The notes beneath the pieces are model-generated. The model saw nothing but the letters and a program-made list of their open reading frames with translations, searched no databases and was not told the origin of the DNA. Below are positions 1 to 8,348 of a stretch of 64,000 nt of DNA, in pieces. The position numbers and the translations under genes are program-made. Within the stretch, counting starts at the first letter, position 1, and every line of letters begins with the position of its first letter. The DNA is from Myxococcales bacterium (GTDB lineage: Bacteria > Myxococcota_A > Polyangia > Nannocystales > Nannocystaceae). The stretch lies in contig JACKDW010000001.1 in assembly GCA_020633295.1 (NCBI GenBank), positions 1,341,828-1,405,827 on the forward strand. The letters run 5' to 3'.

Positions 1-58
1 GGCCCGCCGCGCGTGGGCCTTTGCTACGCTGACCGAGCGCGTGGGTCGTTCGTTGCAC

Positions 59-3000
59 ATGCAGCCACACCTCGAGATCCCGGGTATCGAGCTCGATCGG
101 TCCGTCGGCCAGGGCGCCGCGAGCCTCGTGTTCCGGGGCCGGTGCGCGCGCGCGGGCGCGGACAAGGTCGTCGCGGTCAAGCTGTTCACGCCGGCCCACC
201 ACGACTCGGCCGAGGCGCTGCGCCGACGTGTGATCCGCGAGGCCGCGCTGCTCGCCAGCCTCGACCACCCCGGGCTCGCCGAGATCTATGAGGTCGGCGA
301 GCACGAGGGGCGCCCCTACATCGTGATGGAGTTCATCGAGGGCCGCTCGCTCGCGTCCACGCTGGCGACGCGCGACGGCCCGCTCCCGACCCCGCGCGTG
401 CTCTCGGTCGCGCACGCCGTCGCCGAGGTGCTCGATCACGTCTGGCGCCGCGGGCTGGTCCACCGCGACCTGAAGCCGTCCAACATCCTGATCGACTCGA
501 GCGGGACCGTGAAGGTGATCGACTTCGGCTTCGCGGAGCTCTGGTCGCGGGACCCGGGGGACTGGTCAGCGGACGCGGGCAATCAGCGACCTGTCGGCAC
601 GTTCACGTACAGCGCGCCCGAGCAGACCGGGATCCTGCGCCGACCGGTCGACGGCCGCGCCGATCTGTACGCGCTCGGGGCGGTGCTGTACGAGTGCGCG
701 ACGGGGCGGCCGCCCTTCGTCGCCGACGACGTCGGCAGCCTCTTGCACATGCACGCGGCCGTGCGCCCTCGTGACCCCCGCGAGCGCAACCCGGCCGTCT
801 CGTCGGGGCTCGCGGCGATCATCGCCCGGCTCCTGCGCAAGGATCCTGAGGAGCGCTACCAGTCGGCCTCGGCGCTGCTCGCCGACCTCGCGCGCGTTGA
901 CGTCATCTCGGGCCAGCTCGACGCGCTGCCGAGCGGCGGCGCCGTCGACGACGCGTCGCCGGCCGAGCTCGTGGAGGAGCGCGTCGATCCGCCGCTCGGC
1001 GTGCTGTCAGCGCCCTCGGGCGACGGCATGAGCCCGCTGCTGAGGGCCCGGGAGCCGGAGCTGCGCGAGCTGCTCTCGCGCTGGCGGCGGACGATGGCGG
1101 GCCGTGGTTGCTTCGTGCTGATCGAGGGCTCCCCCGGCGCGGGCGGCCAGCCGCTGTGCGCGGGGCTGCGAGAGCGCGCGAGCGCGTCGGAGCGCGCGAT
1201 CGTGCTGCGCGGGCGCTGCGACGAGGAGCTCCACCTCGCCTTCGGCCCCTTCGCGCAGGCGCTCGTCAATTTCATGAGCGACGCGGCGGGCGGGCGCGCG
1301 TCGATCCTCGCGCGCCGCGGCCTGATCCGCGCCGCAGCCGGGGAGCGCCGCGCCGCGCTGGCCCGCCTGACCCCGCGGCTCGCCGGGCTCCTGGGCGTGC
1401 CGGCGACGAGCGTCGCGGCCCGCGAAGGGCTCACGGCCGAGCAGGTCGCGGCGGTCGTGCGGGTGCTGTGCGAGCTGGCCAAGTCGGGGAGCCCGGTGCT
1501 GCTGGTGCTCGAGGACGGGCAGTGGATCGACGAGTCGAGCCGCGAGGTGCTGACGGCGCTGCGACGGCGCTTGGAGGGTCCCGGCGCGCCGGCTTTGATG
1601 GTCGTGTGCACCACCCGCGACCGCGAGCGCGGCGACGCGCGGACCGGCGACGCGCGGACCGACGACGCGCGGGCCGACGACGCGGCGGACGAGGACGGCG
1701 ACGAGGTCGTGCGCCTGCGCCCGCTGCTGCGCTCGGCGGCGCGACGCGTGATCTCGGACTGCCTCGGCGGGCGCCCGGTCGACGCGGCGCTCGTGCGCGC
1801 CGTGCTGGCGCGCAGCGGCGAGCAGCCCGAGACCATCGTCGAGTGCGTGCGGACGATGCTCTCCGCCGGGATCCTGCGGCCGGCGTGGGGGGCGTGGGAG
1901 TTCGAGAGCGATCGCCTGCGCGAGCTCGGGCTGCCCGGCGACATGGCGTCGCTGGTGCTCCACCGGCTCGCCGACGTCGACGCCGGCGATCGCGACGTGC
2001 TGCGCTGGTCGGCGGTGCTCGGCGCCCGGTTCTCGCTCGCGCACCTGCCGTCGATCATCGAGCGCGACAGCGACGCGGTGGTGCGCGCGGTCGAGAACGG
2101 CACGCGCGCGGGCGTGATCGAGCGCGTGCACGGCGACGAGTACGGCTTCGTGCACCCGAGCATCCGCGCGGCGCTGCTCGGCGAGCTCTCGGGGACGCAG
2201 CGCCGCGCGTGCCACCTGCGGATCGCCGCGGCGCTCGACGCCATCCCGACGCTGACGGCCGCGCAGCTGTTCGGGCGCGCGCGCCACTACGCCGAGGCGC
2301 TCGACCACGAGACGGCGCGTCGCGTGTACGAGACCAACCGCAGCGCCGGCGCGCTCGCGCTGCGCACCCACGCCCCCGAGCACGCCTATCAATTCCTCGC
2401 CGCGGCGCTGCAGGCCCGCATGGTCGGCGGCCTCGGCGAGGACCTCGACCTCTACGAGACGCTCGGCGAGGTCTGCCTCCGGACGGCGCGCTACCGCCAG
2501 GCCGAGGCGCACCTGCGGCACCTGCTCGAGCGGCGCGACGAGCCGGCCGCGCGCGCGAGCGTGTGCGCGACGCTCGCGAGCGTGCACGCGGCCGCGCCCG
2601 ATGTCTCGTCCGCGCGCGCCAGTATCAAGCGCGGGCTCGAGGAGCTCGACCCGCCCCAGGCGACGCCCGACGGTCCGGGGCTCACCGGCGCGGTCGCGCG
2701 GCTGCGACGGTCGGTCGTGCGCGCGGCCGCCTGCGCGCGCGCGCGCGACGGGGATCAGCGCCGCGCGCTCGCGGCCGACGTCGCGCTGCGGCGCTGGGCG
2801 GCGGGTTTCGAGCTGGCGGAGCCAACCACGAGCGCGCGCTCGAGCACGTCCGCGCGGCGTTCGGCTCGGCGCGGCGGCTGCCGCGGGGCCCGCGCACGCG
2901 CGCCTCGACATCACCGGCGCGCAGGTCTGGGCCGCGCACGGCTACTTCGGGCGCGCGGACGAGCTGTGCGCGCGCGCCGAGGCGGAGGCCGAGCGGCTCG

Positions 3001-5392
3001 ACGACCCGGCGCTGCAGGGCGAGAGCCTGGTCGCGCGCGGCGTGCTGCTCGAGCACGCCGGCGACAGCGTGGGCGCCGCGAGCGTGCTCGACCGCGCGCT
3101 CGCGGACCACGGCGCGCGGCTCGACCCGTGGAACGCGACGCGCGCGCGGCTCGTGCTCGGTGGAGCCTCGTCCTTCGAGGACATGTCCGTGAAGCCATCT
3201 CGGTCCTCGAGCGCTCGAGCCGGCGCAGCGGCGCGGGCCTGCGCGCGCGCCCGAGGCCGCCGCCGCGCGCGGGCGCGGCGAGCGTGCTCAGGGCCTGCGA
3301 GGCGCTGCTCGGGCGCGGCGCGGAGAGCCGCCAGCGCTTCGAGCAGGCCCAGGAGCGGCTCGCCGACCACGACGTCGGGCGGCTGACGCGGGCGCTGCAC
3401 TCGCTCGCGCGCAACCTGGTGTTCGTCGAGGAGGGCGCGCTCACGGGCGCGCTCGAGCTCGAGTCGACGCTGTCGCGGTCGCTCGAGAGCGCGGCGCTCG
3501 GGGTCTCGAGCACGCCGCTCCTGCTGCGGCCGATGTGGCTGCTGCGGGCGCGCCAGCGGCTCGCGATGCTCGAGACCTCGCTCGATCGCGCGGGCGGCCG
3601 CACGGGCGGGCAGGAGCGCGATCGCATGCGCGCCGAGCTCGACGACGCGCTCGCGGACCTCGCGACCAACGCGCGCGAGCAGCCGGCGCTCGGCTGCCAC
3701 CTGCGCGTGCTGGAGGCCGCGCGCGCGCGCCTGGATCACGCCGAGGGTCGCGACGCGCGCGACCTCCAGCGCGCCCTCGAGATGCTCGGGCGGGCGCAGA
3801 GCGCCGCGTTCTCGGTCGACAGCCCGTGGGCGCTGTACGAGGTGCACCGCGAGCGCGCGCGCCTGCTGGCGACCATGGGGCACGGCGCGGCGGCGCGGCG
3901 CGAGGCGAACGCCGCGCTGCAGCTCGCGCTCGAGCAGGGCTGGGCGCCGCGCGCGAGGCGAGTCCGCGCCGAGTTCGAGCTCGTGGATCCGGCCCCGCGC
4001 GTGCTCGGGGGCTCGCGGGACTTCGAGACCGGCGAGGCCGCGGTGCCCACGCCCGGCCGGCTGCTCCGTCGCGGCGCGGCCGGGGGCAGCGCGCTCGATC
4101 GCTGCTTCGACTCGCTGCTCGAGGTCAGCCGCACCGCGGTCGCGCGCGGCGACGCGGAGCTGCGAGAGCAGGCGCGGCACGTGCTCGACGCGCTCATCTC
4201 GGCGATGGGGGCCGAGCGCGCGCTGCTGTTCGTGCACGAGGAGGGGCGCGACGAGCCGCGCGAGGGCGAGCCCGGCGAGCTCGGTCAGCTCCGGCGCATC
4301 GCGGGACGCGACAGCCGCGGGCGCGACCTCGAGGTCGGCGAGCGCTACAGCACGACGCTCGTCGAGCACGTCGTGGCCACGCGCGCGGTCCGGGTGATCG
4401 GCGGGACCGACGAGACCGAGCGCGCGCCGTCCGAGAGCGTCGAGTCCCTCGAGCTCAAGAGCGTCGTCGGGGCGCCGCTGCTCGTGCAGGACCGCCTCAT
4501 CGGCGTGGTGTACCTCGACAACCGCCTCGTCCGCGGGCTGTTCGGCCCGGAGGATCTTCGCCTGCTCGTCGCCATGTGCAACCACATCGCGATCGCGCTC
4601 GAGAGCTCGCGGCTGACCCGCTACATGCGGATCACGCGGGACCAGGCGCTCGAGGCGAGCAGGCTCAAGAGCGCCTTCCTGACGCACATGAGCCACGAGC
4701 TGCGGACGCCGCTCAACGCGGTCATCGGCTACAGCGAGATCCTCGCGGAGGACCTGGCGACGCGGGCCCCCGACGCGCTGCCGGATCTGACGCGCATCGG
4801 CGACGCGGGCAAGCACCTGCTCGAGCTGATCAGCGACGTCCTCGACCTCGCCAAGCTCGAGTCCGGCAAGCTCGAGCTGCATCGCGCCCGCTTCGAAATC
4901 GGCCCGCTCGTGGAGGAGGCGGTCGACTCGGTCAAGGGCGAGCTCGCGCGCAACGACAACGACCTGCAGGTGAGCTGCCCGCCCGGCATCGGCGAGCTGT
5001 GCTCCGACCGCCAGAGCGTGCTCCGAGTGCTGCGCGCGGTGCTCGGCAACGCCGCCAAGTTCACGCACCGCGGCGTCATCGAGCTCGACGTCCGCTGGCA
5101 CGCGCGCCACGACGGCAAGCACCTCGCGTGCGAGATCCGCGACTCCGGCATCGGCATGGCGCCCGATGACGTCGAGCGGCTGTTCACCGAGTTCTCGCAG
5201 GCGGACATGTCGACGACGCGCGAGTACGGCGGCGCGGGCCTCGGCCTCGCGATCAGCCAGCGGCTGTGCAAGCTGCTCGGCGGCTCGATCCACGTCGAGA
5301 GCCAGGAGGGCCGCGGCTCGACCTTCACGATCGTGCTGCCGGACAGCGAGCCGGAGCGAGCGGAGCGCGGGCTCTCGCCCGCGACGAGCTGA
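59..5392 (+). CDS. Multidomain Ser/Thr protein kinase - AAA/STAND-like ATPase - helical (TPR-like) region - GAF - histidine kinase (HisKA + HATPase_c)
   Basis: One open frame (track ORF 41..5392; first ATG at 59). Kinase motifs HRDLKPSNIL, DFG and SAPE. C-terminal H-box HMSHELRTPLNAVIGYSE and G-boxes DSGIGM and GGAGLGLAIS. A GAF-like block precedes the H-box. Between ~2818 and ~3160 the protein-like signal moves to other frames (see findings). Confidence 0.9.
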   Translation: MQPHLEIPGIELDRSVGQGAASLVFRGRCARAGADKVVAVKLFTPAHHDSAEALRRRVIREAALLASLDHPGLAEIYEVGEHEGRPYIVMEFIEGRSLASTLATRDGPLPTPRVLSVAHAVAEVLDHVWRRGLVHRDLKPSNILIDSSGTVKVIDFGFAELWSRDPGDWSADAGNQRPVGTFTYSAPEQTGILRRPVDGRADLYALGAVLYECATGRPPFVADDVGSLLHMHAAVRPRDPRERNPAVSSGLAAIIARLLRKDPEERYQSASALLADLARVDVISGQLDALPSGGAVDDASPAELVEERVDPPLGVLSAPSGDGMSPLLRAREPELRELLSRWRRTMAGRGCFVLIEGSPGAGGQPLCAGLRERASASERAIVLRGRCDEELHLAFGPFAQALVNFMSDAAGGRASILARRGLIRAAAGERRAALARLTPRLAGLLGVPATSVAAREGLTAEQVAAVVRVLCELAKSGSPVLLVLEDGQWIDESSREVLTALRRRLEGPGAPALMVVCTTRDRERGDARTGDARTDDARADDAADEDGDEVVRLRPLLRSAARRVISDCLGGRPVDAALVRAVLARSGEQPETIVECVRTMLSAGILRPAWGAWEFESDRLRELGLPGDMASLVLHRLADVDAGDRDVLRWSAVLGARFSLAHLPSIIERDSDAVVRAVENGTRAGVIERVHGDEYGFVHPSIRAALLGELSGTQRRACHLRIAAALDAIPTLTAAQLFGRARHYAEALDHETARRVYETNRSAGALALRTHAPEHAYQFLAAALQARMVGGLGEDLDLYETLGEVCLRTARYRQAEAHLRHLLERRDEPAARASVCATLASVHAAAPDVSSARASIKRGLEELDPPQATPDGPGLTGAVARLRRSVVRAAACARARDGDQRRALAADVALRRWAAGFELAEPTTSARSSTSARRSARRGGCRGARARAPRHHRRAGLGRARLLRARGRAVRARRGGGRAARRPGAAGREPGRARRAARARRRQRGRRERARPRARGPRRAARPVERDARAARARWSLVLRGHVREAISVLERSSRRSGAGLRARPRPPPRAGAASVLRACEALLGRGAESRQRFEQAQERLADHDVGRLTRALHSLARNLVFVEEGALTGALELESTLSRSLESAALGVSSTPLLLRPMWLLRARQRLAMLETSLDRAGGRTGGQERDRMRAELDDALADLATNAREQPALGCHLRVLEAARARLDHAEGRDARDLQRALEMLGRAQSAAFSVDSPWALYEVHRERARLLATMGHGAAARREANAALQLALEQGWAPRARRVRAEFELVDPAPRVLGGSRDFETGEAAVPTPGRLLRRGAAGGSALDRCFDSLLEVSRTAVARGDAELREQARHVLDALISAMGAERALLFVHEEGRDEPREGEPGELGQLRRIAGRDSRGRDLEVGERYSTTLVEHVVATRAVRVIGGTDETERAPSESVESLELKSVVGAPLLVQDRLIGVVYLDNRLVRGLFGPEDLRLLVAMCNHIAIALESSRLTRYMRITRDQALEASRLKSAFLTHMSHELRTPLNAVIGYSEILAEDLATRAPDALPDLTRIGDAGKHLLELISDVLDLAKLESGKLELHRARFEIGPLVEEAVDSVKGELARNDNDLQVSCPPGIGELCSDRQSVLRVLRAVLGNAAKFTHRGVIELDVRWHARHDGKHLACEIRDSGIGMAPDDVERLFTEFSQADMSTTREYGGAGLGLAISQRLCKLLGGSIHVESQEGRGSTFTIVLPDSEPERAERGLSPATS

Positions 5393-5517
5393 CCGCGGTC
5401 ACGGGCGGAGCGGCGGTCGAGGGCGGCGGGGGCTGTCGGCGCGCTGCGGGGGCCCTCCCCGTCCTCGCGCGTGACGGTCGCCTCGCGGCGAGGGCGTCGC
5501 GGGCGCGACGACGGATG

Positions 5518-5537
5518 ACATGACTATTAAGACATGT
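5518..5537. promoter_or_regulatory. Inverted repeat ACATG-N10-CATGT (site A: ACATGACTATTAAGACATGT)
   Basis: Perfect 5+5 inverted repeat in an AT-rich intergenic island. 19/20 identical to the site at 40073..40092. A 9/10 copy lies at 5592..5611. Confidence 0.5.
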
Positions 5538-5643
5538 ACACCGCGGGCCGCTGGTCTGGCGCTCGCGCGGCGCCCCGGCCCTGCGCATGTGACATGTGCC
5601 TGTACACATGACCCATTAGACACCCATATGATCTCGCGCTCCC

Positions 5644-5706
5644 GCGCGGTTCTGCGCGCACGTTTTCGCGCCGCGCGATAGCGCCACTGAGCGCGCAGAA
5701 CCGCGC
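5644..5706. other. Perfect 16-bp inverted repeat (GCGCGGTTCTGCGCGC / GCGCGCAGAACCGCGC) with a 31-nt loop
   Basis: Arms at 5644..5659 and 5691..5706 are exact reverse complements. Intergenic, between the kinase stop and imuA. No U-tract follows. Confidence 0.6.
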
Positions 5707-5755
5707 CGCGGCGCGGCTGCGGGCGTGAATTTAACGAAATTATTCTTACAGATAC

Positions 5756-5784
5756 TTGGATACTGATTTGAAGTTCAGTATCCT
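5756..5784 (+). promoter_or_regulatory. Putative imuA promoter (-35 TTGGAT, 17-nt spacer, -10 TATCCT) overlapped by an SOS/LexA-type palindrome GATACTGA-N8-TCAGTATC
   Basis: The palindrome at 5759..5782 has perfect 8-bp arms. Its core CTGA-N8-TCAG resembles the CTGT-N8-ACAG class, and it contains GTTCAG as in the reported Myxococcus LexA box. It lies 23 nt upstream of the imuA start. Confidence 0.55.
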
Positions 5785-5804
5785 TAACAGGTCGGGGGGA
5801 TGGG

Positions 5805-6623
5805 GTGATGGGTGGGCTCAAAACGCGCGCCAACGCGCATATTCACGCACTCTGGGCGAATTCGTCGCAGGAGGAACAGGCCCGCGAAGACGCGGAGCGA
5901 CGCTCCGAGCGGGCGACAAAACAAACACCTGTCAGCCTCGCCGTCGCCGAGGATCTGACTCGAGATCGGGACGATGCGCATGCACGCGCGCCGGGTGAGC
6001 CGGAGCGCGCGCGCGAGGGGCTCGGGGCGCTCTGTCGACCCGGCAAGCTCCTCGAGCTCTCGGGCGACGGCGACGCGGCGCTGCTGACCACCGCCGCCGC
6101 CATCGTCCGCGAGGCCCAGCGCGAGCGCGAGACCACCGCGTGGGTGCAGCCCACGGGCGGCCCGCTGTTCCCGCCCGACCTCGCCGAGGCGGGCGTCGAC
6201 CTCGAGTCGCTGATCGTCGTCCACGTGCCCCGCCCCGCCCCGAGCGGGCGACCCAAGAGCGCCGCGCTCGAGCTGGCGCGCGCCGCCGAGCTCCTGCTGC
6301 GCTCGGGCGCGTTCGGCCTCGTCGTGCTCGACCTGTGCGAGGCGCCGCCGCCTCGCAGCAGCCGCCGCGGCGCCACCTGGCAGGCGCGCCTGCTCGCGCT
6401 CGCGCGGCAGCACCACAGCCGCCTCGTCATCCTGACCCAAAAGCCCGATCACCATGACTCCGCCGGACCGCTCGTCAACCTCCGCGTCGCGCCCCGCCGC
6501 GTGCTCCGGGCCAGCCCTCGCGGGCTCGGCTTCGAAGTCATCCCGCGTGTCCTCAAGGACAAGTCGGGTGACGCGCCGGCGCTCTCGCCCGACGCGCGCC
6601 GCGGCCCCTGGGGTCTCACCTGA
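5805..6623 (+). CDS. imuA: ImuA, RecA/SulA-like component of the inducible mutagenesis cassette
   Basis: Track ORF 5805..6623 (GTG 5805 or ATG 5808). RecA-fold-like blocks GKLLELSGDG...TAAAIVREAQ...TAWVQP...GVDLESLIVVHV...LLRSGAFGLVVLD. Sits directly upstream of imuB and dnaE2. Confidence 0.8.
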   Translation: MMGGLKTRANAHIHALWANSSQEEQAREDAERRSERATKQTPVSLAVAEDLTRDRDDAHARAPGEPERAREGLGALCRPGKLLELSGDGDAALLTTAAAIVREAQRERETTAWVQPTGGPLFPPDLAEAGVDLESLIVVHVPRPAPSGRPKSAALELARAAELLLRSGAFGLVVLDLCEAPPPRSSRRGATWQARLLALARQHHSRLVILTQKPDHHDSAGPLVNLRVAPRRVLRASPRGLGFEVIPRVLKDKSGDAPALSPDARRGPWGLT

Positions 6624-6672
6624 GCGCGCCGGGCCGCCGTCGCTGCCGCTGACGCCGACCCGCGATCGGACC

Positions 6673-8346
6673 ATGACGACCCCTCGGGCCTCGCCTGCGC
6701 GCGTGGCCTGCCTCGCGCTGCCCTCCCTGCCGCTGCAGCTCGCGCTGCGCGAGCGGCCGGCGTGGCGCGACCAGCCCGTGGTGGTGGTCGACAAGGAGGG
6801 CCCCCAGGGCGTGGTGCTGTGGGCCAACGCGCTCGCGCGCGCGGCCCGGATCACCCGCGGCACGCGGTACGCCGCCGCCTGCAGGGCTCGTCCCGGCGCT
6901 GCGCGCCGAGGTCGCGCGCGGGCGCCCGCGCTCGAGGAGGCCGGCGCGGCGCTGCTCGCCGCGCTGCAGCGCTGCTCGCCGCGCGTCGAGGCCTACGCCC
7001 TGAGCGCCCAGGATCTTCTGGCTCGACCCCTCCGGCCTCGAGCGGCTGTTCGGAGATCTCGAGCGCTGGGGCCTCGCGGTCGTCGCGGCCGTCGCCGAGT
7101 TTCGGAGCCCGACGCGACCGTCGTCATCGGCTTCACGCGCTTCGCCACCCTCGCGCTCGCGCGCCTGCGCGCGGCGCGACGCGCCTGCGCCCGTCTTGAT
7201 GCTCCAAGAGCCAGCCGAGGAGCGCGCGGCGCTGGACCGCGTGCCGCTCGCCGCGCTGCCCCGCGAGGACTTCCCGCCGCGCCTGCGCGAGAGACGCTCG
7301 CGCCCCTGGGCGTGCGCACGCTCGGCGACTTCCTCGCCCTGCCCGCGCCGGCGCTGCGGCTCCGGTTCGGGCGCGCCGCCGCCGAGCTGCACGCGCGCGC
7401 GCGCGGGCAGACCTTGGACCCGCTCACGCCGGCGGCGCTGCAGGAGCCCCTCGAGGTCAGCCGCGTCGTCGATCCGCCCGACGACCACCACGAGCGCCTG
7501 CTGTTCATCCTCAAGGAGGCGCTCGCCGAGCTGCTCGGCAAGCTCGACGCGGGCGGCGCGAGCGAGCGCGACGCCCTGCGCGCGCTGACCGTCGAATTCG
7601 AGTTCGACATGTCCATTGAGACATCCGATCTCGAGGACAGGCCCCAGGCCGCGGGCGACCCCGGGCGCCTCGAGCTGCGCCCGGGCGCGCCCACCCGCGA
7701 CCTGATGCAGCTCGTCGACCTGCTGCGCCTGCGGCTCGGCGAGCAGGCCACCCGCGGCGGCCTCCCGGCGCCTGTGCGCGCGCTGACCGTCACGGGCGAG
7801 CCCGAGCGCCTGCGCGACGCCCAGGTCGCGCTGCTCCCGGGGCAGCGCCCGCGTCGTGATCCCGAGGCCGTCGCCGCCGCGCTCGCGCGCCTGCGCGCCG
7901 CCTTCGGCGAGCAGGCGGTGACGCGCGCGCGCCTGCGCGACGCGATCCTCCCCGAGGCGAGCTTCACCTGGGAGCAGACGCTGCGCCCGAACGCGCGCCC
8001 CGCCCCGCCCGCGGATCCTTGGCCAGCCAACGATCACGATCCGCTGCAGCGCGCGCCGCTGCTGCGCCGGGTGTTCCCGCGTCCGCTGCCCCTGCCCGCG
8101 CCGCCCGACGGCGCGGCGCCCTGGCGCGTCCCGGAGCGCCCGCCGTTCGACATGTCCAACAAGACGTTTGAGCCGAGGATGACGACCGTGCGCCGCTTGC
8201 ACGGCCCGTTCCGCGTCAGCGGCGGCTGGTGGGCGCGGACCGTCGAGCGCGACTACTACTACGCCGAGACCGCCCGCGGCGCGCTGATGTGGATCTTCTA
8301 CGACCGCCCGCGCGACCGCTGGTTCTGGCACGGCCTGGTCGACTGA
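6673..8346 (+). CDS. imuB: ImuB, Y-family-polymerase-like protein of the mutagenesis cassette (multiple internal frame switches)
   Basis: ATG at 6673 within track ORF 6454..8346. N-terminus MTTPRASPARVACLALPSLPLQLALRERPAWRDQPVVVVD is typical of ImuB. The middle and C-terminal regions are colinear with ImuB (LGVRTLGDFLALPAPALRLRFG). Between ~6880 and ~7270 the plausible protein alternates between frames 1 and 2. Confidence 0.8.
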   Translation: MTTPRASPARVACLALPSLPLQLALRERPAWRDQPVVVVDKEGPQGVVLWANALARAARITRGTRYAAACRARPGAARRGRARAPALEEAGAALLAALQRCSPRVEAYALSAQDLLARPLRPRAAVRRSRALGPRGRRGRRRVSEPDATVVIGFTRFATLALARLRAARRACARLDAPRASRGARGAGPRAARRAAPRGLPAAPARETLAPLGVRTLGDFLALPAPALRLRFGRAAAELHARARGQTLDPLTPAALQEPLEVSRVVDPPDDHHERLLFILKEALAELLGKLDAGGASERDALRALTVEFEFDMSIETSDLEDRPQAAGDPGRLELRPGAPTRDLMQLVDLLRLRLGEQATRGGLPAPVRALTVTGEPERLRDAQVALLPGQRPRRDPEAVAAALARLRAAFGEQAVTRARLRDAILPEASFTWEQTLRPNARPAPPADPWPANDHDPLQRAPLLRRVFPRPLPLPAPPDGAAPWRVPERPPFDMSNKTFEPRMTTVRRLHGPFRVSGGWWARTVERDYYYAETARGALMWIFYDRPRDRWFWHGLVD

Positions 8347-8348
8347 TC

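Noticed and set aside
2942-5293. 783-aa ORF antisense to the giant kinase, and similar very long ORFs at 856..2244(-), 1007..2914(-), 1108..3192(+), 6616..9864(-), 9946..11751(-), 15278..17200(+), 22356..24470(+), 30456..33179(-), 30521..32914(+), 35540..38398(+), 41397..44372(+), 55695..57806(-) and 59740..61938(+)
   Set aside because: Their translations are dominated by Arg/Ala/Gly/Pro/Asp/Glu runs and carry no recognisable motifs. Each overlaps a gene on the other strand or frame that has clear family signatures. They are GC-driven shadow ORFs.
3170-8170. Apparent enrichment of GACATGTC/ACATGT inside coding sequence (3181, 5206, 7609, 8151, 14611, 29243, 54413) and a recurring F-(E)-D-M-S peptide
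   Set aside because: ACATGT is generated readily by common codon triplets (NAC-ATG-TNN). A rough codon-based expectation of a few per window is close to the observed count. The kinase FEDMS reading is also in a frame I judge to be non-coding at that point. Only the intergenic N10-spaced inverted repeats are kept as a finding.
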